From Octopus vulgaris (Eukaryota): a DNA stretch of 64,000 nucleotides. The translations under genes were made by a program, and so were the position numbers. Location of the stretch: assembly GCA_951406725.2 (NCBI GenBank), contig OX597824.1:68820001-68884000 (forward strand). The letters run 5' to 3'. The stretch's first letter is position 1. Every line of letters starts with the position of its first letter. Shown here one piece after another: positions 1 through 13,582 of this stretch. The notes under the pieces are model-generated. The model was not told where the DNA came from, made no database searches, and saw only the letters and a program-made list of their open reading frames with translations.

Positions 1-441
1 CATGGTGGAAGGTTCCACCAGGACATATCTGAGATAGAAACGAGGTATTAAGGATATGCATGATAGATGGCTACTGCAACGGGAGACCAACACGACGCAT
101 AAGCGAAAGAGCATGTGTCTCAAACATTTCTGAGCTGAGCATATAAAAAACCAAAGTGAGTATTCCCTTAACATAAATATACTATGTACCATTATATTAT
201 TTGCCCTGAATATAAAAATAATATTCAGTACTAATATACTATTATAATAATTATTCACCTTGAACTTAACTATTCCTGATACTAATATTGTATTAATATA
301 TAATTATGTGCATAACTCAAACTTCTGATGTGCTACAGCAATTCTGAGTGCAGATTCGGAATCAGCGTACTCGATGTAGTTTAGTACAGCACCATTTGTC
401 TGGGTATCAGACAATAATTATTTTTATTTTGTTGCCCAGTG
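1..441 (+). mobile_element. 3' end of a Chapaev3-like (CMC) DNA transposon, decayed
   Basis: Frame 1 reads HGGRFHQDISEIETRY*G then MIDGYC, matching the EHGERFHQDI..ME.RYQG...MLADYC transposase C-terminus. It ends in TTGTTGCCCAGTG (CAC...GTG-type terminus) followed by TTA (TWA target). Family name is from memory of the motif. Confidence 0.65.
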
Positions 442-636
442 TTATTGTCATTATTATTGTTTTCATATTAAAATTTGGTATTTTTAAAAATAAAGTACTG
501 CTTTAATCACGTTATATACTTTAAAAGATTCCGTTAATTCTCCAAATCCTATAAATATAGACATGAAGACAATCTTACGTATGCACATATAAATACACGT
601 TTGCGTATTTACATAGGTGTAAGAGACAGTACAGTA

Positions 637-921
637 GAGGCACATGGCCTGGTGGTTAGAGCAGCGGACTCGCGGGTTTGATTCTCAGACCGGGTGATGT
701 GTGTGTTTATGAGCGAAACATCTGAGCTCCATGTCCCTCCGGCAGATGGTAATGGCGAACTTCTGCTGACTCTTTCGCCACAAATTTCTCTCACTCTTTT
801 CTCCTGCATCTTGCAGCTCACTTGTGACGGACCGGCGTCCCGTCCAGGTGGAGAACCTATACGCCAAGGAAACCGGGAAACCGGTCCTTATGAGACAGGC
901 ATGGCTCGAGAAGGAACAAAC
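637..921 (+). mobile_element. tRNA-derived SINE, family A, tail type 1
   Basis: A-box-like TGGCCTGGTGG and B-box-like GGTTTGATTCTC head. 11-bp TSD AAGAGACAGTA at 621-631 and 922-932. Homologous to 35553-35703. Confidence 0.85.
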
Positions 922-1208
922 AAGAGACAGTATATTTATGTCTGCGCGCGCTCACGCATGTCCATTTATGTGGACGCCAAAAATGCTGTTTGTTTGTCTA
1001 TGGATTGTGCGTGAAACAAAATTCATCTTGTGTTTAAATGTGCTTTTCAGTGTTCAGGATAGTATCAAATGTATCAATATATAAAAGATTTGTTCCTGTC
1101 TAAGTGTATGATGAAGCATGTGTGCGTATTGGTTAAATCTAACCACACACACACACACATACACCCCCCACACACATACACCTACCCACACACACACATA
1201 TATATATC

Positions 1209-1515
1209 AGGTCACGTGATCATGTGACCGACCAGGCTATCAGATGTTGCTACACATCGCTGGTCACAATGCGCTTTACATTGTTTTAGCCTTCAAATGA
1301 CGCCACCCCGCTGGCTAAGCGAGCAGGCCAACAGAAGAAAGTGAGAGAAAGCTGCGGCGAGAGATTACAGCTGGGATCGCCACCATCTCCTGCCGGGGCC
1401 TCGTGGAGCTTTAGGTGTTTTCGCTCAATAAACACTCACATCGCCCGGTCTGGGTATCGAAACTGCGATCCTACGACCGCGGGTCCGCTGCCCTAACCAC
1501 TGGGCCACTGCGCCT

Positions 1516-1517
<2 letters not shown>
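1209..1517 (-). mobile_element. tRNA-derived SINE, family A, tail type 2
   Basis: Minus-strand head GGAGGCGCAGTGGCCCAGTGGTTAGGGCAGCGG...GTTTCGATACCCAGACCGGG shared with 637 and 33543; different 3' half. Confidence 0.85.
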
Positions 1518-1567
<50 letters not shown>

Positions 1568-1581
1568 GCATACACACACAA

Positions 1582-1780
1582 GGAGGCGAGGTAGCAGAAT
1601 CGTTAGCACGCCGGGCATTTCATCTGCTCTTATGTTCTGAGGTCAAATTCCGTCGAGGTGGACTTTCCCTTTCATCCTTTCCGGGTTCGATGAAATAAGT
1701 ACCAGTGGAACACTAAGGTCGATATATTTGACAGGCCTCCTCCTCCAAATTCTAGGGCTGGTACTTATAGGAGAAAGGAT
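1582..1780 (+). mobile_element. SINE family B, diverged copy
   Basis: Head GGCGAG..GCAGAATCGTTAGCACGCCGGG and core GAGGTCGACTTTGCCTTTCATCCTTTCGGGGTCGATAAA-like motif repeated throughout the window. Confidence 0.8.
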
Positions 1781-2549
1781 ATTTATACATATAAATATAT
1801 CTATGTATTTACTCATAAATTAGTTAATGTGTATATGTGTGAATATAGAAATATATATTTTGTATGTGTATATGTGTTGATATATGTATGTATGTGTTTT
1901 GGTGTATGTATATATGTATATGAATATGTGTGTGTGTGCGTGTGTGTGTGTGAGTGCGTGTGCATATGCAAAATTTTCTGTGTGTACACTTATTTCTACA
2001 TTCTATAACACTACCTCTTATCTATATTACTAAATATGTTTTGCACCCCCCTCCCATACATATAAAGGACTCCTGATTACGAACTATACATAAATGCATT
2101 TTCAAGCATGAATTTTGTATTATTTGACTATCTCTTTGAGAATTTCTAATAGGAGTTATTTTCTAGTATATATCTATTATACATACAGTATTGTAACTCC
2201 TATTAACAAATGAAACATGTGTAATGGAGAATAAATAATATCAAAAAAATTTTCAGTCTACTGTTTTGATATATATAATAATAAAACGGTAAAATTAATT
2301 AATCAATTTATAATTAATAATCTTACCAAGTAGTTCGGTATGTTAAAAGAACCATTATTGGTAAACTTATACAAAAATTATTATAATTATAAACATAATT
2401 ATAATTAGGGTCTAGCAAAATTGCTTCACCATACCGAAATTTAGAAATAGCAGTTAAATACTGTTCTACAACCATAAGCTATGACCCAGGCAGCAATACT
2501 CTCAACTCACACAGGTAAAGAGAAAAAAAATAACGAAACCACCGGCTTT

Positions 2550-2625
2550 GATTAACTAGAGACGCGTTTCTGGATTAAAGATATGTAAAATAACTCGTAC
2601 CTAATTTCCGTCATCAGTATAGTAT
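2550..2625 (-). ncRNA. minimal type I hammerhead ribozyme-like motif
   Basis: Minus strand: ACTATA-CTGATGA-(imperfect stem II)-GAAAC-GC-GTC-TCTAGT. Palindromic stem III ACGCGT; stem I pairs 5 of 6. Confidence 0.65.
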
Positions 2626-2858
2626 TTCAATTATAAATTTGAGAGCACTAGAAATCAAGATATCTATTCGACCAAGCGGATATCCAAAAAACCAGTGCTT
2701 CCGAATTTATACAGACGAGTTAGAGATTGTGCCTTCTCCCAATCACCCACGTGCGTTACGAGTAATCCCACAGAAACTGCAGTTAAAATATGGGAGAGAA
2801 TTATATTATCAATAATAATAAAAGGAAGTACTGGATTTTTGGATATTAATTTTGTTAC

Positions 2859-2898
<40 letters not shown>

Positions 2899-3194
2899 AG
2901 TCTGTTTTTTTCGTTTAGGTCCGTTTCCACGTTTGCTTTTACGTTTTCGTTTCTCGTTGAGTTCTACGTCTATTTGTGGTGTCCTGTACTCACGTATATA
3001 TATTTATATATGCATGTATATATACATGTAGATGTAGGTACGTACATATATGTATGTATGTATATATGTATGTATGCATATATTTTATTTATTACACTAT
3101 TATATATATATATTTCTTTACTACCCACAAGGGGCTACACATAGAGGGGGTATATATATATATGTCTATGTGTGTGTGTGTGTGTGTGTATACA

Positions 3195-3335
3195 ACGTGT
3201 TCCTTTCACTTTCTATAACCCAAATCTGGGGTTTTAGAAGAAGACACTTGCCCAAGGTGCCGCGTAGTGGGACTGAACACCAAGATCACACCGTTGGGAA
3301 GCAAACCTTCTTATCACACATCCACGCCCGGGCCT
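3195..3335 (-). mobile_element. SINE family C, head fragment
   Basis: Reverse of GTTCAGTCCCACT.CG.GGCACCTTGGGCAAGTGTCTTCT (CORE-like ACCTTGGGCAAGT). Confidence 0.75.
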
Positions 3336-3624
3336 ATAATCTCACATTTTTATTCTCTGAAAAAATTAAACATGGTTTATGCAAAGTATTGTACTAATTT
3401 GCATAATTACTCTAAATCGATTTATTTCCTAATTAATAGCTGATTTCCAATGTGTATTGCAACGCATGGAAATATACATTATTCTCATTTTAATGTGACC
3501 ATCACTGCCCTCTCATCAACGAACGGGGTAGGGTGCATTAACGGTCCAGGGTAGAAACTTCCAACGAGCGTCTGACACAGTTTGATGACGTCAAAAGCAA
3601 AAATTTGTCGTTAGTGCAGTATTT

Positions 3625-3850
3625 ATTGCGACACTTAGCGTTCTGAGTTCAAGTTCTGCCAAGTTTAAGCATTGTTTTTATCCTTCCGTGAACGATAAAT
3701 AAAGTACCAATTTGGAACTGTTAGATTGGCGGAAATGTTAAAATGTCGGAGAATCTGTCTTGTGATATTTATTCCGGGACCTTCTGTTCTGAGTTCCTAT
3801 CCCCTACCAAGATCAAATTTTGTACTTCTGGGGTCGATAAATATATTTCT
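3625..3850 (+). mobile_element. two decayed SINE family B copies
   Basis: Two occurrences of GTTCTGAGTTC followed by GATAAATAAAGTACC / GGGGTCGATAA core remnants. Confidence 0.6.
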
Positions 3851-4102
3851 AGATACATCTACGATTGAATAAAAAGATAGAAGGGACGTTAAGTACAGCA
3901 ACAACATATGGTGTTAACATCGATCAAGGGGAGGTACTACCACATTAAAGAATATAACAGAGGATATATAATAGAAAGTTAAGAAATAAATTATAAATAA
4001 ATAAACAAATAGTGGGGCAGTCCACTGAGGGTGACCCGGAGTAAAACCCACACAGAATTCCCGGATTACTATGCTATCCCCAAAGCATGGGAAATAATAA
4101 TA

Positions 4103-4608
4103 ATTGCCCTGAACCAATACCATGGCTTCTAATCTTAAATGACTGAAAGTATTATCATATGCATGATTTTGTCTTGGTGTAAAGACTGGCTACAGCAAAT
4201 ATTCTGCTCAGTACCACAGTTGCTTGGTCTTAACCAGTTGATATGTGCATCTCTGATCACGAGTAAAAGTAGTGGGTGCGGAACATCATGGTCATGTGTT
4301 GAAAGGAATTTTTGGGGTTTAAATAACTCACCTTCGGAAGCATGTGCGTTTCGTTCATTATCCATTAACAACCCTTATTCACGGACCTTTTGAGCGGAGC
4401 TGGCTACTCGACCTGAAGACAATTCTGAATGCCATCTACTAGATCATGCGTTGTTTATCTTGATATGAGATCACTATATCACCCACACATAGTCGAGATG
4501 GGTGTACCTAGTGCACCCTCATCAGGCGTGGTTATGATGGGTATATTGGGCTTCGTATATTTGTACGCTAGTGTTACTCTGATCGCATACATTACCTTCT
4601 CACTCAAT
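4103..4608 (+). mobile_element. non-coding (TAA)n-flanked interspersed element, family F
   Basis: Homologous over about 500 bp to 7455-7974, 26797-27229 and 27639-28098. Ends CTCACTCAAT then (AAT)n. Confidence 0.8.
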
Positions 4609-4609
4609 C

Positions 4610-4665
<56 letters not shown>

Positions 4666-4667
<2 letters not shown>

Positions 4668-4948
4668 CAGGAAACCCCAAAATGGCAGAAATTCAAAAGA
4701 TAGTGCTCATGGGAACTGCTCATATCCTACGCAAAATACTCTCTATGTAATCCCAAGGTGTAAAACAAACTTTTTTTTTTTTTTAATTTTATTTTTATGT
4801 ATTAGACATTCACTAGTACAACACCAAAAAAAAAAGGGACCCCCCCCCACCAAATATATGGCACAGAACTTCCAACCTGTTGTCTCTTGAGGTCTCTGGG
4901 TGCGACTTGGAGCCAACTTGTACAGACATAAAGCAAAAGTCAAACATA

Positions 4949-4950
<2 letters not shown>
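4666..4950 (+). mobile_element. 3' end of an R4/Dong-like non-LTR retrotransposon (second subfamily)
   Basis: Encodes PGNPKMAEIQKIVLMGTAHILRKILSM*, homologous to the C-terminus at 7180-7263. (TAA)n on both sides. Confidence 0.85.
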
Positions 4951-4996
<46 letters not shown>

Positions 4997-5019
4997 AAAC
5001 AAAACCAACAGCAACAACA

Positions 5020-5500
5020 ATAACATTTCTTTATTGGTTACAGTGGCTGTGAAAATATGTAAGAGAAAATAAAGACAATGGATAATGAGAATTATATAGA
5101 AAAGTGTAAACATAACAATTTGTAAAAGTATTCTAACAAATTCCCCAATAGCAAATGCCAACCTTGGGCAACCTGTCGGCCCCACAGATCCCGAGGTGCC
5201 CTACTCATTCGGAATATCATGGTAGCCCATCCTCTCTTCTCCGTACTCTTCAACCTGCGGACACTAGTTTAGTATCGGCGCACTCACCCACGACACACGC
5301 GCCGCATACACCCACATTTCAATAAATTTATTTGGGTGAGAGTGACGAAGAAAGCACATTGTTCTCAAGACACAGGTTCTTTTTCAAATGGAATATATAA
5401 CGGTCATCGAAGGCTTTACCGGAGAGGAAAGTGTCTGTCTTCTGTTCTTTCAATCAGTCGACTACACAAGCTAATCTCTTTCGCCAAGGCCACCACGCAG
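5020..5500 (-). mobile_element. decayed 3' end of an L1/Tx1-like LINE
   Basis: Minus-strand remnants KTDTFLSG and KFIEMWVYAARV*, then a UTR ending CCAATAAAGAAA. Confidence 0.5.
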
Positions 5501-5579
5501 GGGGAAAACAACAACAACAACAACAACAAAAACAACAACAACAACAGCAGCAGCAGCAGCGATGACAACTTCAAATATT

Positions 5580-5722
5580 TGCACAAGGCTAACAATCGGT
5601 TATAGTGATCAGTGTTCGACTGGTACTTATTTTATCGATTGCCTAAGGACAAAAGGCAAAGTCGACTTCGGCGGAATTTGAACTCAAAATGTGAAGACGG
5701 ACGAAATGCCAGGTCGCCACCT
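5580..5722 (-). mobile_element. SINE family B fragment
   Basis: CTGGTACTTATTTTATCGA...AAAGGCAAAGTCGACTTCGGCGGAATTTGAACTC. Confidence 0.8.
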
Positions 5723-5725
5723 TAC

Positions 5726-7436
<1,711 letters not shown>

Positions 7437-7454
7437 AATAATAATAATAATAAT

Positions 7455-7972
7455 ACAAGCAGTGGCTCTCATGGCTTCTTATCTTAACTGATTGAAAGTG
7501 TTATATACATTGTTTTATCTCAGTATAAAAGATGGGCTACAGCAAATATGCTGCTCAGTCTCACAGATTTGCTTGTCAGTTGCTTGACCTCAACCAGCTG
7601 AGCACGTCCCTTAGGGCTGACGACGTGCACCTCTGATCACGAGCAGAAGTAGTAGGAGAGCATCATAGTCATGTGTTGAGAGGAATTCTTTGGGGGTTTG
7701 GATAATTCCCATCTGGAAACATGGGTGTTTCGTTCATCATCCTTAAACAAACCTTATTCAGGAACCTTTCGATCGGGATGGGATACTTGACCTGAAGAAA
7801 ATTCTAATGTTATGCACCGTTTATCTTGATATAAAATCACCATGTCACGCATATATAGTTGTGATGCATGTGCCTGGTGTACTCTTATCAGCCGGGTAAT
7901 CATGATGGGTATAACAGGTTTCGTATATTTTACCCCACTGTCACTTTGATGGCCAGCACCGCACTCTCTATC

Positions 7973-7974
<2 letters not shown>
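7455..7974 (+). mobile_element. family F (TAA)n-flanked element
   Basis: Colinear with 4103-4608. Preceded by short (TAA)n and followed by long (TAA)n. Confidence 0.8.
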
Positions 7975-8055
<81 letters not shown>

Positions 8056-8079
8056 TATTAATAATAATAATAATAATCC

Positions 8080-8250
8080 TATCTACCTTATGCACAAGGC
8101 CTGACATTTTGTGGGCCGTTGTCTAGTCGATTGCCCCAACCCCAGTGCTCGAATGGCACTTATTTTGCTGGTGGTATTTGAACTCAGAACGTAAAGCCGG
8201 ATGAAATAACGCTAAGTATTTTGTCCGGGGTGCGGACGGTTTTGCCAGCT
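8080..8250 (-). mobile_element. SINE family B, decayed
   Basis: TTTGAACTCAGAACGTAA...GAAATAACGCTAAG...TGCCAGCT. Confidence 0.65.
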
Positions 8251-8459
8251 AACTGTCTTAATAATAATAATGATGATGATAACAACAACAACAACAACAA
8301 CAACAACAATAATAAAAATAATAATAATAATAGCAACAAGAACAGCAACAACAACAATTACGTGAAAGGCTATATCAAGAACACCGTAGCAGGAGATCAC
8401 TTGCTGTTATGACATTACACATTAAAACACGCTCTGCACAATTGCTCTTCAACACACAC

Positions 8460-8517
<58 letters not shown>

Positions 8518-8934
8518 ACACACACACATACACACACACACACACAGAACGCACGCACATAGAGAAACACAAACGCACACACTTATAAATTGAAGTCCTT
8601 ATCGCTGAATACATGTAAACAAAACTGCCACGTGATCACGTTCCTAGATGAAACCTACGCCATGATGACATGAAACTAATGTACTGGAACTAACGTTTAT
8701 CTCCTTATAGATATAATATTTCAAATTTGCCATGATTTATAATAGGAACTGGACATTTTAATCTGGTCTTCCTGTAACTATTGGAAAATGGCGGATTCAT
8801 GGACAATGAAATAATCTCTACTTAGATATTCCCTTATTCATCGACAGTTTTATTTAGTTCAAGACATTATATACACCAACTTGCACCAATATTTCATCAG
8901 TGGTTTGCCTCTCCTTTGTTCCAAAGCTTGTTTC

Positions 8935-9410
8935 TTATTTCTTTATTGCCCACAGGGGGCTAAACATAGAGGGGACAAATAAGGACAGACAAAGGGATTA
9001 AGTCGATTACATCGACCCCAGTGCGTAACTGGTACTTAATTTATCGACCTCAGTGCGTAACTGGTACTTAATTTATCGACCCCAGTGCGTAACTGGTACT
9101 TAATTTATCGATCCCGAAAGGATAAAAGGCAAAGTCGACCTCGGTGGAATTTGAACTCAGAACGTAGCAGCAGACGAAATACCTATTTCTTTACTACCCA
9201 CAAGGGGCTAAACACAGAGAGGACAAACAAGAACAGACAAACGGATTAAGTCGATTATATCGACCCAGTGTGCAACTGGTACTTAATTTATCGATCCCGA
9301 AAGGATAAAAGGCAAAGTCGACCTCGGTGGAATTTGAACTCAGAACGTAGCAGCAGACAAAATACCGCTAAGCATTTCGCCCGGTGTGTTAACGTTTCTG
9401 CCAGCTCGCT
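8935..9410 (-). mobile_element. SINE family B dimer with internal triplication of about 32 bp
   Basis: Two core+tail units joined at 9182/9183. CAGTGCGTAACTGGTACTTAATTTATCGA occurs three times in 9019-9112. Confidence 0.9.
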
Positions 9411-9911
9411 TCTTTCAAGCTCACTAGCTAATCGGGACGCCGTAGCCTGGTTTGGCACTACATTTCCCTATATATCGTTGGCGGGGAGATGAAACGCTGC
9501 TATTTCTAGTGGTCGAGCATACACCACTGATAAGGTGGGTCGAAATCGCGTGACCTGGTGCTTTTGGTGCTGGAGATATAAACGGGAGTGCATTTCGCAC
9601 AAAAAAAAAACAATATGAGAGTTTCTCTCATGGTAACAACTGCAGTATAGTATGACCTAACAGAACATCCATTTAAGTGGGGATAAATATTACATCTCAG
9701 TTTTTATGCAAACTTTGTCGCTCATATATACAATATATTTAGTATGTATAATGTGTAGTTTTATATGACACTGAAACCCTTAGCAGTTAATTTATTCATG
9801 ATTACAATCAGAAATATCACCCTCTGGGCGGTTTTCTGTTAGTCGTTGAATAATTAAATTAATTCATATTTTGTGTAAATTGATCGGAGATGCTTCGTAT
9901 ACTTTCTCTTA

Positions 9912-10078
9912 GGTGCAACTATGGCTGTGTGATAAGAAGCTTGCTTCCTAACCACATGGTTTCAAGTCCAGAGTTCAGTCCCACTGCGTGGCACCTTGAG
10001 CAAGTATCTTCTACTATAGCCTTGAGCCGACCAAAGCCCTGTGAGTGGATTTGGTAGAGAGAAACTGAAAGAAGCTCG

Positions 10079-10123
<45 letters not shown>

Positions 10124-10413
10124 TATACATATATATATATGTGTGTGTATGTGTGTGTGTGTGTGAGTGAGTGTGTGTGTGTGCGCGCACACGTGTTTGT
10201 GTTAGTAGCTCATAACCACTTGACAACTGGTGTTGGCGTGCTTCTATCCCCGTAACTTAGCGGTTCGTCAAAAAGGACCGATAGAATAAGTAGCAGGTTT
10301 AACAAAAACTTAAGTACTGGGGTCGTTTCACTCGACTAAAAAATTCTTCAAGGCGGTGCCCCAGCATGGTCGCAATCTAATGACTGCAACAAGTAAAAAG
10401 TAGAAGGTAAAAG
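9912..10413 (+). mobile_element. SINE family C, full length with internal microsatellite
   Basis: tRNA-like head, CACCTTGAGCAAGT, internal (CA)n/(TG)n, tail GGCGGTGCCCCAGCATGG...AACAAGTAAAA. Confidence 0.85.
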
Positions 10414-10630
10414 GTCGTACCGTTTATTCGTTGAATAACCCTTACTTGCTGAATAAATAAATTTAGAATATTAGCAAGTACTCAAGGGCAGTGTTAGGAT
10501 TTAATGAAGAAATCAGGCATTATCATGATTTGACTTAGCCTCGCAGAAATCCACCGTTTATCGTGTACATACTATATATTAACATATATATATATATGTT
10601 CATTGCTAAACCTCGCTAAGATAAATATTT

Positions 10631-10710
10631 CAATTAACCTGAAGATTGACTGTAACCATAACTCGAATTATTACGAATTGTACAGCCATGAAACGATCGT
10701 AGTGTTTTAC
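10631..10710 (+). ncRNA. minimal type I hammerhead ribozyme-like motif
   Basis: CTGAAGA (10639-45), stem II TGACTGTA/TACAGCCA, GAAAC-GATC-GTA (palindrome ACGATCGT). Stem I is eroded. Confidence 0.6.
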
Positions 10711-10933
10711 TCTTTATCTTTTATTAAACTTTTAATACTTTTGATATATATTTAAAATAATATAAATTAATTAATTTTATGTATTGGCTTATGTTTTTCA
10801 TTGTTTGATTTGCCTAATAGTGATTTTATCTCTAATTTAATATAATATAATATAACATATTTTACTATAAAGTTGGATTTAATCCTAAATCTGATTTTTC
10901 CCTGTAAGTTTGGATTTATTCCCTAATATTTTA

Positions 10934-10975
<42 letters not shown>

Positions 10976-10994
10976 TATAAAATTATATATATAT

Positions 10995-11200
10995 ATAGTC
11001 AATCCAAACAAGAACAAGAAAAAACAGAACAGCGTGGGGACGTGGTACAAGTACTGTACTATTGGACGCTCAGGTAAGGAGAGGAAAGTAAGAGGATTTC
11101 ACGTTTCGAGTGAAGCTCTTCATCAGACATATAGAAAAAGTCCAAAGAAGGGAAGACGGACAAAGAAAATTGCCAACGATACACACGCGGTCACTCCTTG
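10995..11200 (-). mobile_element. Penelope-pLTR-like fragment with degenerate hammerhead
   Basis: Minus strand CTGATGA-A-GAG-cttca-CTC-GAAAC-GTG. Abuts (TA)n; same layout as 19605, 23700 and 35145. Confidence 0.5.
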
Positions 11201-11832
11201 TAGACGAAGAAAATAAATACCTCCTCAATTGAAAATCTCTCAACCAGTTTTGTCTTTATCATTACTCCATCTTCGTTGCACAACCATAAATGTACAGACA
11301 TAAGAAATGATAAGTTTTTAAATTCCCGTTTATCATATGAATACGTTTATCATATAACACGAGAACTAGAATTTACTATTAGAAGCTATGTTTTCCTTCA
11401 GTTAGAATGAATATGATTCGGCTAGCGCTGGGTTAATCATATAATTTGAAGGAATATTTGTTATTGGTCAGTAGAAAGTAAGATCATGATATGTGTGTGT
11501 GTGAATGTGCGCGCGCGTGTGTGTGTCTTGCCAACGAAGGGGAGAGTGAATTGACGGACGGCCGAGTCAACTGTGAGGCTAGTGATTCGCATGTTGTCAC
11601 AAAGTCGGTGTTGTGTCTATGATAAAGATAATTCAAATTACAACGGTAGATTCAATCTGTCTCTAACACGATACCTCTATGTTGTTAGTAAACCTGTTAA
11701 TAATAGCAGAAAAAATTCTTAAAACCCAGCTTACTGTTTCTTAGTTAAGAAGTGGCATAATTTTTATGTGTACGGAGTTGCATGAAATGATTTCACTGCC
11801 TTACTTCTGAATATCCTTGTTGCTTATTTTGG

Positions 11833-11862
<30 letters not shown>

Positions 11863-11868
<6 letters not shown>

Positions 11869-12080
11869 GTAAAAAGTGAAAAAACTACAGAAGGCTTGTT
11901 TTAAAAGGTTAAAAAATATATATTTGAGTCAATATGTCTGAAGAATGTTATAAATTTTTTTCTATACTATGTCATTGTATGAAAAAAATTTATAACATTG
12001 TTTAGACATATTGACTCAAATATATATTTTTTAACCTTTTAAAACAAGCCTTCTGTAGTTTTTTCACTTTTTACTATTTT
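11863..12080. repeat. near-perfect palindrome, 100-bp arms, 18-nt spacer
   Basis: 11863-11962 is the reverse complement of 11981-12080 with 2 mismatches. Flanked by (TA)n. Confidence 0.95.
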
Positions 12081-12121
12081 CTATATATTCAACCACGTGC
12101 TTTCACATACCAACTTTCTTA

Positions 12122-12158
<37 letters not shown>

Positions 12159-12160
12159 CA

Positions 12161-12503
12161 CTTATAAATAAGGACAAAAGAAAAAATTCCAAAGCCAAAT
12201 ATTCCGAAAAAAGCCTTTAAATTGTCAATAACCACATATAAGCACGCGTATCGAGCAATCTGAAAGAAATTTCAAACAAAAAGAAAAAGAAAAAAAAAAT
12301 CCGTTATGACCGAATCGGTCTGATTTCTGAGTTTTCTCGTCATACGTTAAGAAATAAATGAAATATCTACTTGCGCCCATGGAAGAAGTAGATGCAAAGT
12401 CATTTGCTTCGAGACACGTACTTAAAGTGATGATTATATGTGGTTGTTGAAGATTTAAAGTCTATTTGGCATTGGAATTTTTTTCTTTTGCCCTTGTTTA
12501 TAA
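12161..12503. mobile_element. MITE-like element with long degenerate inverted repeats
   Basis: TTATAAATAAGGACAAAAGAAAAAATTCCAAAGCCAAATA pairs with TATTTGGCATTGGAATTTTTTCTTTTGCCCTTGTTTATAA; pairing continues inward with indels. Confidence 0.7.
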
Positions 12504-12782
12504 TTTTCACCTTGAAAGGTATTTTTTAATATGCTGACCACTGATAACATTTTTTGAAAATTTTATCCTATATTATATATATATATATTTGTTGGCCTCC
12601 TTTTGTCTCGGGAGACAATGGAGTTGCGCATAAACTAATCTAGTCTGGTTTTTACATTTCATGTCCTCTCCAGTTTTGCGCAGTACTGAGCTAGATGCAA
12701 AAAAATCCTGGGTAGCCCAATCGTCAGGATTCCTCTCTCGACCTTGCTGATGAAGTCCAAAGGAGTGTAGAGCATTACATTT

Positions 12783-12868
<86 letters not shown>

Positions 12869-13065
12869 CACACACACACATATATATATATACAGAGAGA
12901 GAAAGAGAGAGACAGAGAGGGGGAGATAGAGTGGAGGAGTGAGATGTTGGATAGATTGATATAGATAGAAACGTAGATATAGACATGTAGATGTATACAT
13001 TCACACACACTAGAAAATTAAACAGGGTACATACATCGCGTACTCATTGCGGGTATATTCTTCCT

Positions 13066-13123
<58 letters not shown>

Positions 13124-13422
13124 CTCCATATTCAGTACCATGATTATTACCATTAGGGAAAAAGAGGGAAAAGGAAATAAGGAAAACGTAAAAGGAAAAG
13201 TAGAAAAGGACTATATATCAAAAAGGAATGAAGGCCACTACACGACTGACTACTTCAACAATGAAAATAACAACACTACTAATATCAACAAGAGCATCAA
13301 CATGGTTACACAACGAAACCATGATGAACAGTAATAACCACAACAACAAACACTATCATCACAATCACGCTCAGCTAATTGGCTACTCCACCACCACCAC
13401 CACCACCATCGTCAGGAATAGT

Positions 13423-13453
<31 letters not shown>

Positions 13454-13550
13454 CGAAAAGAGCATCAACAGCAGCAGTATCAACAGCAGTGATATTGCCA
13501 GCAACACTAGCAACAGCATTAACACCAACATCACCACCACCACCACCACC

Positions 13551-13582
<32 letters not shown>

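Noticed and set aside
637-710. tRNA-like sequences here and near 1450-1517, 41870-41943 and 56410-56482
   Set aside because: They continue into repeated SINE bodies and lack a complete acceptor stem; they are SINE heads, not tRNA genes.
8660-8690. TGATGA-CAT-GAAAC-TAAT-GTA-CTGG hammerhead look-alike
   Set aside because: C3 is missing and there is no room for stem II.
9019-9112. Repeats of about 32 bp resembling a CRISPR array
   Set aside because: No spacers; a tandem triplication inside a SINE in eukaryotic DNA.
12747-12775. CTGATGAAGTCCAAAGGA resembling a hammerhead 5' half
   Set aside because: No GAAA box follows.
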